Made by a program: the position numbers and the translations under genes
Part shown: positions 9,430-19,775 of the stretch, piece after piece
Layout of the letters: every line of letters begins with the position of its first letter
Numbering within the stretch: the first letter of the stretch is position 1
Source of the DNA: an uncultured bacterium
Lineage (GTDB): Bacteria; Acidobacteriota; HRBIN11; JAKEFK01
Direction: 5' to 3'
Assembly: GCA_963837395.1 (NCBI GenBank)
Contig: CAWINI010000003.1
Coordinates: 519,419-583,418 of the forward strand
DNA: 64,000 nt
The notes under the pieces: generated by a model
Told to the model about the DNA's origin: nothing
Databases searched by the model: none
The model's input: only the letters and a program-made list of their open reading frames with translations

Positions 9430-11001
9430 CTACTTCCAGTCGGAGAGGATTTGATTCGCTGCAAGCGAACCGGGGATGCCTGATACACCGCCACCGGGAT
9501 GAGTTGCAGCACCGCAAAGATAGAGGTTTTCGATTGGGGTTTTATAACGACCGTAGCCAGCAACCGGTCGCATGAACATAATCTGATCAAGTGAAATTTC
9601 ACCTTGATGAATATTCCCTTCCGTCAAACCGAATTCCGTTTCAAGATCCAGCGGTGTGACAACCAGTCGATGCAAAATCAGATTTGAAAATCCTGGCGCA
9701 TAAGCTTCAATCGTTTTAACAACATTATCGCCAAATTTTTCTTTCAGATCGTTCCAATTTCCCTGTTTCAAGTGATACGGCGCAAACAAAACATAAACCG
9801 ACATCACATGTTTTCCTGCAGGCGCAACGGTCGAATCGGCTACAGAAGGAATGGCAATATCTAAAAATGGTGATTTCGAAGGTTGTCCGTATTTAGCATC
9901 ATCAAATGCACGCTCCAAATAATCCATATCCGGCGCAATACAAACTGTTGCCGGTTTTAGATCACCATTCAATCCCTTCCATTGCGGATAACCATCCAGG
10001 GCAAAATTTACTTTCGCACTGACACCTCTTGATTTGATTCCACGAACTTTTAATAAAAAATGCGGCTCCAGGTAAACCGGATCTACTAACTTCAAAAACG
10101 TGCGCTTCGCATCGGCATTTGAAACTACATATTTACTTTGAATCTCTTCGCCATTCGATAAAACGACTCCGGTTGCAAATCCATCCTTTATGGAAACCTG
10201 TGAAACTTCAACACCGGTGCGTATCTCAACTCCAACACTTTTCGCGGACTGAGCGATCGCTTGAGTTAAACTTCCGATCCCACCTTTGCAAAATGGCCAC
10301 GCAAAATGTGAACCATCACCACGTCCAAGCTTCCAATACAGCGAGACATAAACCGAACCGGCCGAACGCGGTCCGTAGAAACTTCCGAGAATTCCATCAC
10401 TTGCCAACACCCCTTTCAGATGCGGATTCTCAAAATATTGATTCAGCAAATCGTAGCTGCTCATCGGAAGAACGCGGAGCATTTCCAAAACATCTTTTTC
10501 GCGAAGCCCTTTCAGTTTCCAGGCAAGCCCAAGCAATTCACCAACATCGCTATAACCAGCCGTTGCAGGATCTGGTATTGCTGTTGTTAGCAATGGTCTT
10601 AAATGCACAATCAGCCGCTCCATGTCGGAAGCGAATTCAAAATACCGCTTGCTGTCTTTTTCTGATTTGCGTGCAATACTCTCACGCGTTCGCGCATCAT
10701 CTTTCCAGAAAATTAAAGGATCACCATCAGGTGATGGAGCAAACATTACAGGATCGAATTCAATCGTTTCGTAGCCATATTTATTGAGCTTCAACTCATC
10801 AACGATAGAATTCTGAAAAATTCCCGGCGAGTACGCACAGGTGGTGTAACGGAATCCCGAATATGGTTCTTCTGTAACCGCGGCTCCGCCAACAATCCCT
10901 CGGCGCTCCAGCACCAATACTTTTTTCCCCGCTTTTCCTAACTTTGCTGCGGCCACCAATCCATTATGTCCGCCACCAATAATAATTACGTCGTAACCCA
11001 T
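9430..11001 (-). CDS. Phytoene-dehydrogenase-like (PYROXD2-like) FAD oxidoreductase
   Basis: GGGHNGL FAD motif, GGAAVTEE, TEGNIHQGE, YLCGAATHPGGGV. Confidence 0.88.
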   Translation of the reverse strand: MGYDVIIIGGGHNGLVAAAKLGKAGKKVLVLERRGIVGGAAVTEEPYSGFRYTTCAYSPGIFQNSIVDELKLNKYGYETIEFDPVMFAPSPDGDPLIFWKDDARTRESIARKSEKDSKRYFEFASDMERLIVHLRPLLTTAIPDPATAGYSDVGELLGLAWKLKGLREKDVLEMLRVLPMSSYDLLNQYFENPHLKGVLASDGILGSFYGPRSAGSVYVSLYWKLGRGDGSHFAWPFCKGGIGSLTQAIAQSAKSVGVEIRTGVEVSQVSIKDGFATGVVLSNGEEIQSKYVVSNADAKRTFLKLVDPVYLEPHFLLKVRGIKSRGVSAKVNFALDGYPQWKGLNGDLKPATVCIAPDMDYLERAFDDAKYGQPSKSPFLDIAIPSVADSTVAPAGKHVMSVYVLFAPYHLKQGNWNDLKEKFGDNVVKTIEAYAPGFSNLILHRLVVTPLDLETEFGLTEGNIHQGEISLDQIMFMRPVAGYGRYKTPIENLYLCGAATHPGGGVSGIPGSLAANQILSDWK

Positions 11002-11013
11002 AGTTTTTATTTT

Positions 11014-11057
11014 TTACCACGGAGTTATAGAGGGATCTCCGTTACTCCGTGGTGAAT
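11014..11057. repeat. ACCACGGAG-type palindromic element
   Basis: ttaccacggagttatagag...ctccgttactccgtggtgaa. Confidence 0.75.
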
Positions 11058-11065
11058 ATTTCGTT

Positions 11066-11821
11066 TTATTTTTTTCTCATCATCATGATGATTCCGATTA
11101 ATCCCAGAAGAACCAGGAATCCGGCACCAACAACGATTGCCAGGGTCTTAATTCCCATTCCAGATTTAAAACTGGCAGTCATCGTTTTATCGCCAGAATC
11201 CATTTCAATAAGAGGAAATGACCAGCTCACTGTTTTTCCATCTTCACCGATCGTTCCATTTGTTGCTGGTGATGGTAATGCCTTTGATGGAAGCTTCACA
11301 GAATACTTGAATGCAGCATTACCAAACATTGCTTGAGCCATCTGTTTTTGCATGGCATCATCGCCACCTTCGGCAGGCTTATCTTTTTTCTTCGACTTTA
11401 ACATTTGAGAAAATGTTACGGTTCCATTTTCTTCTTTCCAGGTTATCGGCATTTCTTTGAATGTTTTCGTGTTATTTAAACTCGTAACCTTGTCAAAAGA
11501 AATATGAACATAGAAATGCTGCTGATCCCCTTCGGTTTTTGTTTCGAACTTTTCAACTTTCACACCGGGCGACTGTAAATCGGCTTTTACTTCATCTTCC
11601 TTAATTTTGAACGGCATTTGTTGTTCTTTATCGCCGCCACCAGCCTGGCCGCCCATTTGCATCATTGAAACTAATTGCTGAGCCATGCTGTAATGCATGA
11701 CCAGTTTGCCGGAACCATTGGCATTTAATTCCAGTTGTTGGTCATAGTTAATACAACCTGCGATCAAAAGAAGCGCCAGGCAGGCAAAACTACACAAAGT
11801 GCGAATCGCTAGACGTGACAT
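11066..11821 (-). CDS. Hypothetical lipoprotein with C-terminal TM anchor (LppM-like)
   Basis: Lipobox LIAGC; ANGSGK early beta motif; C-terminal hydrophobic helix followed by RKK. Confidence 0.65.
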   Translation of the reverse strand: MSRLAIRTLCSFACLALLLIAGCINYDQQLELNANGSGKLVMHYSMAQQLVSMMQMGGQAGGGDKEQQMPFKIKEDEVKADLQSPGVKVEKFETKTEGDQQHFYVHISFDKVTSLNNTKTFKEMPITWKEENGTVTFSQMLKSKKKDKPAEGGDDAMQKQMAQAMFGNAAFKYSVKLPSKALPSPATNGTIGEDGKTVSWSFPLIEMDSGDKTMTASFKSGMGIKTLAIVVGAGFLVLLGLIGIIMMMRKK

Positions 11822-11839
11822 TCGGTCCTCCCTCGTTAA

Positions 11840-13423
11840 TTAATGGTGATCCTTTAATATTTCCAGAGCTGCAAGTCTCCCTGGTGCTCCCATCACACCA
11901 CCGCCTGGATGTGCTCCTGATCCGCAAATATAAAAATTCCGAACTGGAGTTCGGAATTGCGCCCATCCTGCTGCTGGGCGCAGGAAAAAGAGTTGATCCA
12001 GAGTTAGTTCACCTTGAAAAATGTTTCCTTCGGTTAATCCGAATTTTTGTTCCATATCCCATGGAGATAAGACCTGACGATGTAAAATAATATCCTTTAT
12101 ATTTGGCATGTATTCGCTGAGTGTATTTATTACAGCATCTCCAAAAGCTTCTCGTTGTTCTTCCCATGTTCCGATTTTCAGATCGTAAGGAGCATATTGC
12201 ACAAACATGGACATTACATGTTTCCCAGGCGGGGCCATTGATGGATCAATCATCGATGGAATGATGATATCCATATAAGGTTTGCGAGAAAAACTTCCAT
12301 ACTTGGCATCATCATACGCGCGCTCCAGGTAGTCGATCGAAGGACTGATTGAAATTGCGCCGCGCAAATGACGACCGTCACCGGGCATGCATTTGAGATT
12401 TGGAAGTGCATCCAGGGCCAAATTTACTTTGCCGGAGGAACCCCGGATTTTATAATTTTCGATTTGCCTGATGAAATCCGAAGGCAATTCTTTTTGCGGA
12501 ATCAGTTTTAAGAATGTTCGTTTGGGATCCAAACTGGAAGCAACGACCGGTGCGCGAAGTTCATCACCATTTTCAAGTGCAACGCCCTGGACTGTTCCGT
12601 TGCGGATCAATATCTGCGAGACACCTGCTTCGAGCCGAATTTCTGCACCAGCTTCGCGCGCAGCACCAGCAATCGCTTCACTGACTGCACCCATACCACC
12701 GCGTTGAAATCCCCATGCGCGGAAGTTGCCATCAATCTCACCCATATAATGATGAAGCAATACATACGCAGTTCCAGGTGAACGTGGTCCGAGAAATGTT
12801 CCGATAATTCCACTGGCTGACATTGTTGCTTTCAAACATTCAGTCTCGAACCATTCATCTAAATAATCCGCCGAACTCATGGTCATGAGTTTGTGCATGT
12901 CATAGATGTACTCTTCACCAGTTTTGCGGAAATGTTTTCCCAGTCCGGCAAGACGCATCACTTCTGATGGTTTGAATGATCCGACTCGCGGCGGAGTCAT
13001 TCCTAGAATCGGTTTCACCATCACAGCCATGTGATACATGAGCTTGCCGAAATGATCGTATGCTTCAGCATCTGCGACTGAATGGCGCATCAACTCGCGT
13101 CGAGTTAATGCATGATCCGCCCACCGCGCAAGATAATTACCATCAGGTAAAGGCGTGATTGTACTTTCAAGTGGCAGGATTTCGAGTCCGTGTTTTGGCA
13201 AATCCAATTCGCGAACGATTTCAGGACGAAGTAAACTGACAACATACGATGCAACTGTATATTTGAAGCCCGGGTATACTTCTTCTGTAACTGCAGCACC
13301 ACCAACAAGATGACGCTTTTCCAGCACGACAACTTTCTTGCCCGCTTTTCCTAAATATGCGGCTGTAACAAGACCGTTGTGGCCGCCGCCAATGATGATT
13401 GCATCGTACTGATTTGTTGCCAT
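11840..13423 (-). CDS. Phytoene-dehydrogenase-like (PYROXD2-like) FAD oxidoreductase
   Basis: GGGHNGL, PRSPGTAYVLLHH, TEGNIFQGE, GAHPGGGVMGAPG. Confidence 0.9.
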   Translation of the reverse strand: MATNQYDAIIIGGGHNGLVTAAYLGKAGKKVVVLEKRHLVGGAAVTEEVYPGFKYTVASYVVSLLRPEIVRELDLPKHGLEILPLESTITPLPDGNYLARWADHALTRRELMRHSVADAEAYDHFGKLMYHMAVMVKPILGMTPPRVGSFKPSEVMRLAGLGKHFRKTGEEYIYDMHKLMTMSSADYLDEWFETECLKATMSASGIIGTFLGPRSPGTAYVLLHHYMGEIDGNFRAWGFQRGGMGAVSEAIAGAAREAGAEIRLEAGVSQILIRNGTVQGVALENGDELRAPVVASSLDPKRTFLKLIPQKELPSDFIRQIENYKIRGSSGKVNLALDALPNLKCMPGDGRHLRGAISISPSIDYLERAYDDAKYGSFSRKPYMDIIIPSMIDPSMAPPGKHVMSMFVQYAPYDLKIGTWEEQREAFGDAVINTLSEYMPNIKDIILHRQVLSPWDMEQKFGLTEGNIFQGELTLDQLFFLRPAAGWAQFRTPVRNFYICGSGAHPGGGVMGAPGRLAALEILKDHH

Positions 13424-13571
13424 GGCCGTTCTATTCTAAACGATTCTTTTCCGTAAACAAATGAATTCTTCTCGTTTCACGTTATGAAACATCGTTTCAT
13501 ACTCAAATATTCGTTTTGTGTCTTGGCGGTTAATACTTGAAACTTACGATGTTTGCTGGTACAAATACCCC

Positions 13572-14762
13572 ATGCCAGAACCGACTCCGTTTTATCCACG
13601 CACATCAAAGCTTTGTAAAAGTATGCAATGGCGATATTGGTCCGGATATTTCGTACCAAGTTCATATGAAGTTCATCATGACGTTGAATACTATGCCATT
13701 CGAAATTCCGCAGGCTTAATCGATATCAGCCCAATGTACAAATATGATGTCACCGGCAAAGACGCATTAAATCTTTGTGACCGTATTGTTACTCGCGATA
13801 TGAAAAAATGTGCGGTCGGACAAGCTGTTTATTCTGCATGGTGCGACGAACAAGGCAAAACACTTCAGGATGGAACAATTTTTCGGGTTAGCGAAAATCA
13901 TTTTCGATTCAACACAGCCGATCCAATGTTCCGCTGGATGAGACTAAATGCAGCCGGATTAGACATAGACATTAAAGATGTTAGCGATAAATATGCTGCA
14001 CTTGCACTTCAAGGTCCACTTTCGCGAAATATTTTGCAAAACATGACCGATGGCGGCGCAATCGATTCGTTAAGGTTTTTCCGGCTAGCCAGTGTAACAG
14101 TTGAAAACATTCCAATGATTATTTCGCGCACCGGCTATACCGGGGACCTTGGTTATGAAATTTGGGTTCCGGCTGAACATGCAGTTAAAGCTTATGACAT
14201 GGTAATGGAAGCCGGGCATCCTTACGGAATTACGCCAGCAGGAAATATTTCTCTGGATATCAGCCGTATTGAAGCTGGATTCATTTTGATTGAGATTGAA
14301 TACATTAGTGCGGAAAAAGCAATTATTGAATCACAAAAGTACAGTCCTTATGAAATAGGATTGGGGTGGACGGTTCATCTGCAAAAGCCAAACTTTGTTG
14401 GTAAGAAAAAACTTGTTGAAGACAAGAAGAAAGGAGTGAAGCGACAGCTAATCGGATTAGATATCCGTTGGGATGAACTGGAACGCGTCTATCAAGAAGA
14501 AGCACTTCCTCCGCAAGTTCCATCCGCAGCATGGCGTGGTGGAATTCCAATCTACAATGAGTATCGTCAAATTGGAAAAGCGACCAGCGGATGTTGGTCA
14601 CCGGTTTTGAAAAAGTACATCGCATTAGGAACTGTTGAAACACCGTTTGCTGAACCGGGCAAAACTGTGCAAGTTGAAATGACTGTTGAATACCAACGCA
14701 AGAAAGTCCTGGCAGATATCGTGAAGCTGCCATTCTTTAATCCTGAACGCAAGAAAACGTAA
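13572..14762 (+). CDS. GcvT-family aminomethyltransferase / folate-dependent demethylase
   Basis: AIRNSAGLIDIS, ALQGP, RTGYTGDLGYE, RIEAG; start inferred at MPEPTPF. Confidence 0.88.
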   Translation: MPEPTPFYPRTSKLCKSMQWRYWSGYFVPSSYEVHHDVEYYAIRNSAGLIDISPMYKYDVTGKDALNLCDRIVTRDMKKCAVGQAVYSAWCDEQGKTLQDGTIFRVSENHFRFNTADPMFRWMRLNAAGLDIDIKDVSDKYAALALQGPLSRNILQNMTDGGAIDSLRFFRLASVTVENIPMIISRTGYTGDLGYEIWVPAEHAVKAYDMVMEAGHPYGITPAGNISLDISRIEAGFILIEIEYISAEKAIIESQKYSPYEIGLGWTVHLQKPNFVGKKKLVEDKKKGVKRQLIGLDIRWDELERVYQEEALPPQVPSAAWRGGIPIYNEYRQIGKATSGCWSPVLKKYIALGTVETPFAEPGKTVQVEMTVEYQRKKVLADIVKLPFFNPERKKT

Positions 14763-14844
14763 AACGTAATTCGTAAAACGTAAAGAGCTCATTACGCATT
14801 ACGCATTACGTTTTACGTTTTACGTTTTACGCTTTACGTTTCAC
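14754..14844. repeat. Inverted heptamer array (CGTAAAA)n / (TTTTACG)n
   Basis: About 4 units, gagctc spacer, about 8 reverse-complement units. Confidence 0.92.
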
Positions 14845-14868
14845 CTCATAAGCCTTATTTTTAAGACT

Positions 14869-16038
14869 ATGTCAGAAAGCAGTGCTGCTAAAAAAGGTCT
14901 GGAAGGTGTAGTCGCCGCATCCACACACATCAGTCAAGTAGATGGACAAGCCGGAAAATTGATTATTGCTGGCTATCCGTTGGAAGAGATTGCAGGAAAA
15001 GCAACCTACGAAGAAGTTGCTTTTGCGCTTTGGAAAGCCGGTCTAAGTCAAACGCCCTCACTGCCAACTCAAGCTGAGTACGATTTATTAACATCCGAGT
15101 TAACGCAAATGAGAAGAGTGCCTGATGCAACGATTACACTGTTGCAATCAGCATGGAAAACGCCACCGATGGATGCAGTTCGGATGGGAGCATCGGTTTT
15201 ATCTCTTAGCGATCCTGCTGTTGAAGATGAATCTGTAGAAGCAAATTTCGAGCGGGCTAAACGTCTTACTACCCAACTTCCAGTAATTGTTGCGATGCAT
15301 GATCGTTTTCGGCGAGGATTAAATCCGGTTCCACCAAAACCGGAATTAGATCGCGCTGCAAATTTCCTGTACATGCTGAACGATAGAATTCCTGCGCCGG
15401 AAGTAGCAAAAGCATTAGATACTTATTGGACGACTGTCATTGATCATGGAATGAATGCCAGTACATTTACAGCGCGAGTGATTGCATCAACTCAATCCGA
15501 TATGTATTCCGCAATTACAGGAGCAATCGGCGCGCTAAAAGGTCCATTGCATGGTGGCGCGCCTGGTCCAGTGCTTGATATGCTGCTGGAAATCAAAACA
15601 TTGGATCGCGCGGAATCCTGGGTTCGCGAACAATTAGCTGCAGGAAAACGGATCATGGGATTCGGACATCGTGTGTATAAAGTTCGTGATCCGCGCGCAG
15701 ATGTTTTAAAAGCTGCAGTTGAGGAATTGGGAAAATCTGCGCACATTGATCGCGATTTACTGGAACTTGCAACCGGAGTAGAAAAGATCATCCTACGTGT
15801 GCTGGAAGAAGTAAAACCAGGACGCAAACTCAACACAAATGTGGAATTCTATACAGCGTTAATTTTGCAAAGTATCGGTCTAACTCCAGATCAATTCTCA
15901 TCGATATTTGCTGCAGGACGCATCGCTGGCTGGACTGCACATGTTCTGGAACAACAATCCGAGAACCGCCTGATACGTCCTGCCTCAGAATACATTGGCC
16001 CCACCGATCTGAAATTCGTTCCGCGCGATCAGCGATAA
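14869..16038 (+). CDS. Citrate synthase / methylcitrate synthase family
   Basis: GLEGVVA, DHGMNASTF, GPLHGGA, GFGHRVYK, NVEFY, RLIRP. Confidence 0.92.
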   Translation: MSESSAAKKGLEGVVAASTHISQVDGQAGKLIIAGYPLEEIAGKATYEEVAFALWKAGLSQTPSLPTQAEYDLLTSELTQMRRVPDATITLLQSAWKTPPMDAVRMGASVLSLSDPAVEDESVEANFERAKRLTTQLPVIVAMHDRFRRGLNPVPPKPELDRAANFLYMLNDRIPAPEVAKALDTYWTTVIDHGMNASTFTARVIASTQSDMYSAITGAIGALKGPLHGGAPGPVLDMLLEIKTLDRAESWVREQLAAGKRIMGFGHRVYKVRDPRADVLKAAVEELGKSAHIDRDLLELATGVEKIILRVLEEVKPGRKLNTNVEFYTALILQSIGLTPDQFSSIFAAGRIAGWTAHVLEQQSENRLIRPASEYIGPTDLKFVPRDQR

Positions 16039-16065
16039 ATATTTTTTACCGCAGAATCGCGGAGA

Positions 16066-17229
16066 TTACTTTTCGAAAACGATGCCTTTTTTCTGTCCTT
16101 GTTCCTTCAATGTATTTAATACCTGTGCGTCAAAACCGTTGTCTGTTTTCTTTCCCGATTCCTTCAGTCTTGCATCGACATAGGCATCACGCCGTTTGCT
16201 GAGATCCTGAATCTTCGCCTGCAGCTGCTGACGATCTTTCGATTTTTGTTCCAGATAATCCCGTTGACGTTTCGTATCCATACTTCTGAGATTCTCCGGC
16301 AGATCGCTCGGTTTTAGTTTGTCTAATTCGACGTTCTTATTGTTTACAGCATCAACTAAATCCCAACTTTCGTTTCGATATAGACCGCCTGCTTTACTGG
16401 CTGCGCGTTCAGCCGCTGATGCTGGAGCTCTTGTTTCTGCATCAACATCATTTGCAGCTTGAGCTGCCAGCATACGACCTCCGTCACTTCCATATGCAAC
16501 GTAAGTGCTGTTCAGATCAGTGCTAAGCTTTGACAACTCTTCATCGTACGGTGAAGCAATTGCCACCATCCCGCCGGATTGATCAATCGCTGCGAACTTA
16601 CCTTCCGCCATCCGTGCGATTTCCTGCCAGATCTGGCGTGTGCCATCGAGATTGCCGCATTGAACTGTGTTAACGATTATTCCGCGACGTTCCGCTATTT
16701 TGGTAATACTACGGTAATCGTAACCTTCCTGGTAATCCATGTGGGGCGGTGCGTCGCCGACGAGGTAAACAATCTTCAGCGCCGCAGGATCCTGTGACCA
16801 TTTCAATCCGTTTACTGCATCGTTTAAAGCGCGATTGACATCTTCAGGAGTATCTCCACCACCACCAGCGGCAAAGTCCCGTAAATGCGAGTACATCGTT
16901 TCCAGATCGGAGGTGAAATCGAATTTGGTTGTCACATATTCATCTCCACGATCTCGATATCCGACCAGCGCGATCCGAAGAGTAGGTTTCGGTTGCGCGC
17001 CGTTCACTGTGTTAACAATCGTCCAGATCTTTTGCTTTGCTCCTTCAATCAATCCGGACATACTGCCCGTCGTATCCAGACAAAAAGCAACGTCGATAGT
17101 TGCATTCTTTTGTGATTGGACTGGCTGTTTTACCGGAGTTTTAGTCTTGATGGCCGCACCTTTTACGACCGGAATTAAAAGCAGAAGAAGAATCAAAACG
17201 CCAAGAATTGATGAACCTTTATATTTCAT
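16066..17229 (-). CDS. Secreted von Willebrand factor A domain protein
   Basis: Signal peptide; MIDAS DTTGSM; GGGDTPE; VGDAPPH. Confidence 0.85.
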   Translation of the reverse strand: MKYKGSSILGVLILLLLLIPVVKGAAIKTKTPVKQPVQSQKNATIDVAFCLDTTGSMSGLIEGAKQKIWTIVNTVNGAQPKPTLRIALVGYRDRGDEYVTTKFDFTSDLETMYSHLRDFAAGGGGDTPEDVNRALNDAVNGLKWSQDPAALKIVYLVGDAPPHMDYQEGYDYRSITKIAERRGIIVNTVQCGNLDGTRQIWQEIARMAEGKFAAIDQSGGMVAIASPYDEELSKLSTDLNSTYVAYGSDGGRMLAAQAANDVDAETRAPASAAERAASKAGGLYRNESWDLVDAVNNKNVELDKLKPSDLPENLRSMDTKRQRDYLEQKSKDRQQLQAKIQDLSKRRDAYVDARLKESGKKTDNGFDAQVLNTLKEQGQKKGIVFEK

Positions 17230-17290
17230 AGCCGAAGCCTCCACCCTCTTAAACGCGCTCGGTTGGAAAAAGATTTTCGTTCGGGGGAGA

Positions 17291-18345
17291 TTAGCTATTT
17301 TTCGAGGTAACGATATTGAAGATCGCTCTTAGTGGTATTTGCCGGAAGTATCGCCTGAATCTTAACAACTTCACCTGGATTGTAATCTTCCACTTCAATA
17401 AGTTTCTCGTTCATGCCCGCGGCAGATCACAGAAAAGTATTTCACTGGCTTTGTCCCTTTAAGTCGAAGTCGAGCAACAAAGAAAGAATCATTTCCAATT
17501 TTTTTCAGAGAGCTTTCCAACACCGCAAGTTCCTGCCCCGGAGCAGTAAGGGCCTTGACTACGAATTTACCGGGAGGTTCTTTAATAGGTTCTGGTTTTT
17601 TCGGGGCAGTGCCCGACTTTTCACGTTGCTTTTGAATTAATGCATATAGTTTTGCTTTCTGGACTTCTTCATAGGGCAATTCATCGTAGATGATGGGAAG
17701 CGGTTCTCTGTTGTGCTCTATCATTAAAGGGCTAAGAGGTTTGATAGATTTTCCGCTCTTGTGCCAAATCGATAACCATGTTTGAGCAATGTCATTGACT
17801 GCTTCACTATAGAGTAAGGAAGAAGTGCTTTCTGAATTTTCTAATGTCCACCGATACGAAGTGCGTTCTTGAAAATACATCTGGTAATTTTGGATCGGAT
17901 ACTGATAACCTTCAAACAAGACAACAACCGGAGTGTCAAATATGAAATTCTGATTCGGTCGTTGATCTTTCTTGATCAATGATTCCGGAGTCCACAGGTC
18001 CCCAATATAGTGAGCAAGATAACAAAATTGCCGTACAGCTTCGTAGTCCTTTTTCGTTTCTAACTTTGTGTTGAGAGTCGAAATGATCGAGTCGATTCGA
18101 TCAATGGCACCACCTTCGCGAGTGTCCGCCAGATAATAATGATTCTGAAAATCTCCAATAACTTCATCAGGGTCTCGAACGCCGGGTTCCATGATCTTAA
18201 GATTGGCTTTAAAAAACTTTTGGAAATCGGCCGGCATGAACATCACCGCATCGCGCGTCATTTGAAGATGGGTATTCGTATGCCATGCAAAAAGTGATAG
18301 AGGCGAACAAAGAAAAATTACCAGGATGATGAGAGATCTCTTCAT
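17291..18345 (-). CDS. Secreted Zn-dependent phospholipase C / S1-P1 nuclease-like protein (3' frameshift)
   Basis: Signal peptide then WHTNTH, DPD, NHY, AHYIGD; called ORF ends at 17395, but a shifted frame continues AAGMNEKLIEVED...YLENS to 17291. Confidence 0.6.
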
Positions 18346-18410
18346 GCGTGTCGTATTCTACTTTATCACCTGCTGACAACGGCACACAATAAAGAGAGAC
18401 ACTAACAAAG

Positions 18411-19728
18411 CTACTGTTTCTCATTATCATCGCTGAAGATTTTGTCCCACCAGCCCTTCCTTTTTTGCATTGCCCTGGCCTAATCCCATTTTCTTGCGGA
18501 TCTCATTAATGTCCCAACCGGTATAACTGGCGAGAGTTTGTGCTTCTTTTTCTTGTCTTTGAGCAAGGGTACGCACATATTGCTTACCACCTTCGCAGGT
18601 AATTTTGCCTTTGAATGGATGGCGCATAACATAACGGCCCTGATAATTTTCACGGTTGCCAGTAGATTGGAATACTAAATCTTCCGGAAATTTATCGCGA
18701 GTATAACGCGCGTGAATACGTGTAATAAATACGCTTCCGCGTCCTTGTTCTTGATCCCAGAACACTCCCGACTTCCGCAATTCATCCGGTGTTAGCGGAT
18801 CCGCTGCACATGGATCGCACCATGCCATATCCCATGCATGTTCAACAAAAACTGCATTCTTCCCTTCTTTTTCATATGCCCGCTGAAAAATCGCACGATA
18901 AAAATCTGAAAACTCATTTTTTACATACTCAGGTATATCAAAGTTCGATGGGATGTTTACAGTACGATAATTTGTAACTTCAGTTCTGCCTTGTGGAGAA
19001 AGCGCAAATACAATGAGATCCTGTGCCGCTTTCGCATTTGCCATTCCTAATCGGATCGGTAACATGAACTTCGGAGATTCAAATGCCATTTGTAACGGAC
19101 GCAGAAATGTAAGACCACTTTTCTTATATTCACCAAGATTTACTTTCGCTACAAAAAATTTTGTATTGCTTCGAATGTACGGTTGTAACAGTTCTGCCGC
19201 ACCTTGCGGAATCTTATAGCCATTCTGATTCAGCCAGGTTTCAAGTCCGGTAGATTCTTTCGCACTGAGAATTACGATGTCATATTCACCCACGGTGAAT
19301 TGCGCTTCGATCTTTACTCCCAGCGCCGCATCCCCTTTACGTTTCATGGCCCCTTCTTGGGCAGCCATCGGTTTCGGTATCGCATCATATACTAATCGCT
19401 GACACGGATCAGGATCAAAATATTCCACTAACCGCGGGGCGCTGAATGCATCCAATCGTTCAATGATTTTCGGATCGCCAATGTGTACTTGCTCTTTCTT
19501 CAACACCACAGGTACAGGCACAACGATTGCAAAATCGGCAACTTCACCCTGGAAATCGTTGGCCATAGTTAGAACGGTGCGATCACCATCCCTGGCCAGA
19601 ATTACTTTGGATGCTTGATTGAATAATTTTGTGTCTGCCTTCGCAACAAAAAAGCCGCAAAATGAATAAGCAGAAGTTGCACTGAATAAAAAAATAGCGA
19701 TCAAGAACTTTGAAATCCGATGTGACAT
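18411..19728 (-). CDS. DUF2330-family secreted protein, paralog 2 (3' frameshift)
   Basis: FCGFFVAKAD, FSAPRLVEYFD, WCDPC; removing one G near 18455 gives GWWDKIFSDD, matching paralog 1. Confidence 0.8.
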
Positions 19729-19746
19729 TGTAGCTCCTCCATTGCC

Positions 19747-19770
19747 TGCCGGCGAGCCGCCGGCGCTACA
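19747..19770 (-). repeat. GTAG-type REP-like palindrome
   Basis: Reverse strand reads tGTAGcgccggcggctcgccggca. Confidence 0.65.
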
Positions 19771-19775
19771 AACCG

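Noticed and set aside
10119-10787. 222-aa antisense ORF and other short overlapping ORFs in the track
   Set aside because: They are shadows of well-supported genes and show no recognisable motifs
9430-13423. Carotenoid biosynthesis cluster
   Set aside because: No crtB, crtE or crtY; motifs fit the PYROXD2-like branch
14754-14844. Heptamer arrays as CRISPR or guide arrays
   Set aside because: Units are 7 nt, contiguous and inverted, with no unique spacers and no cas-like genes
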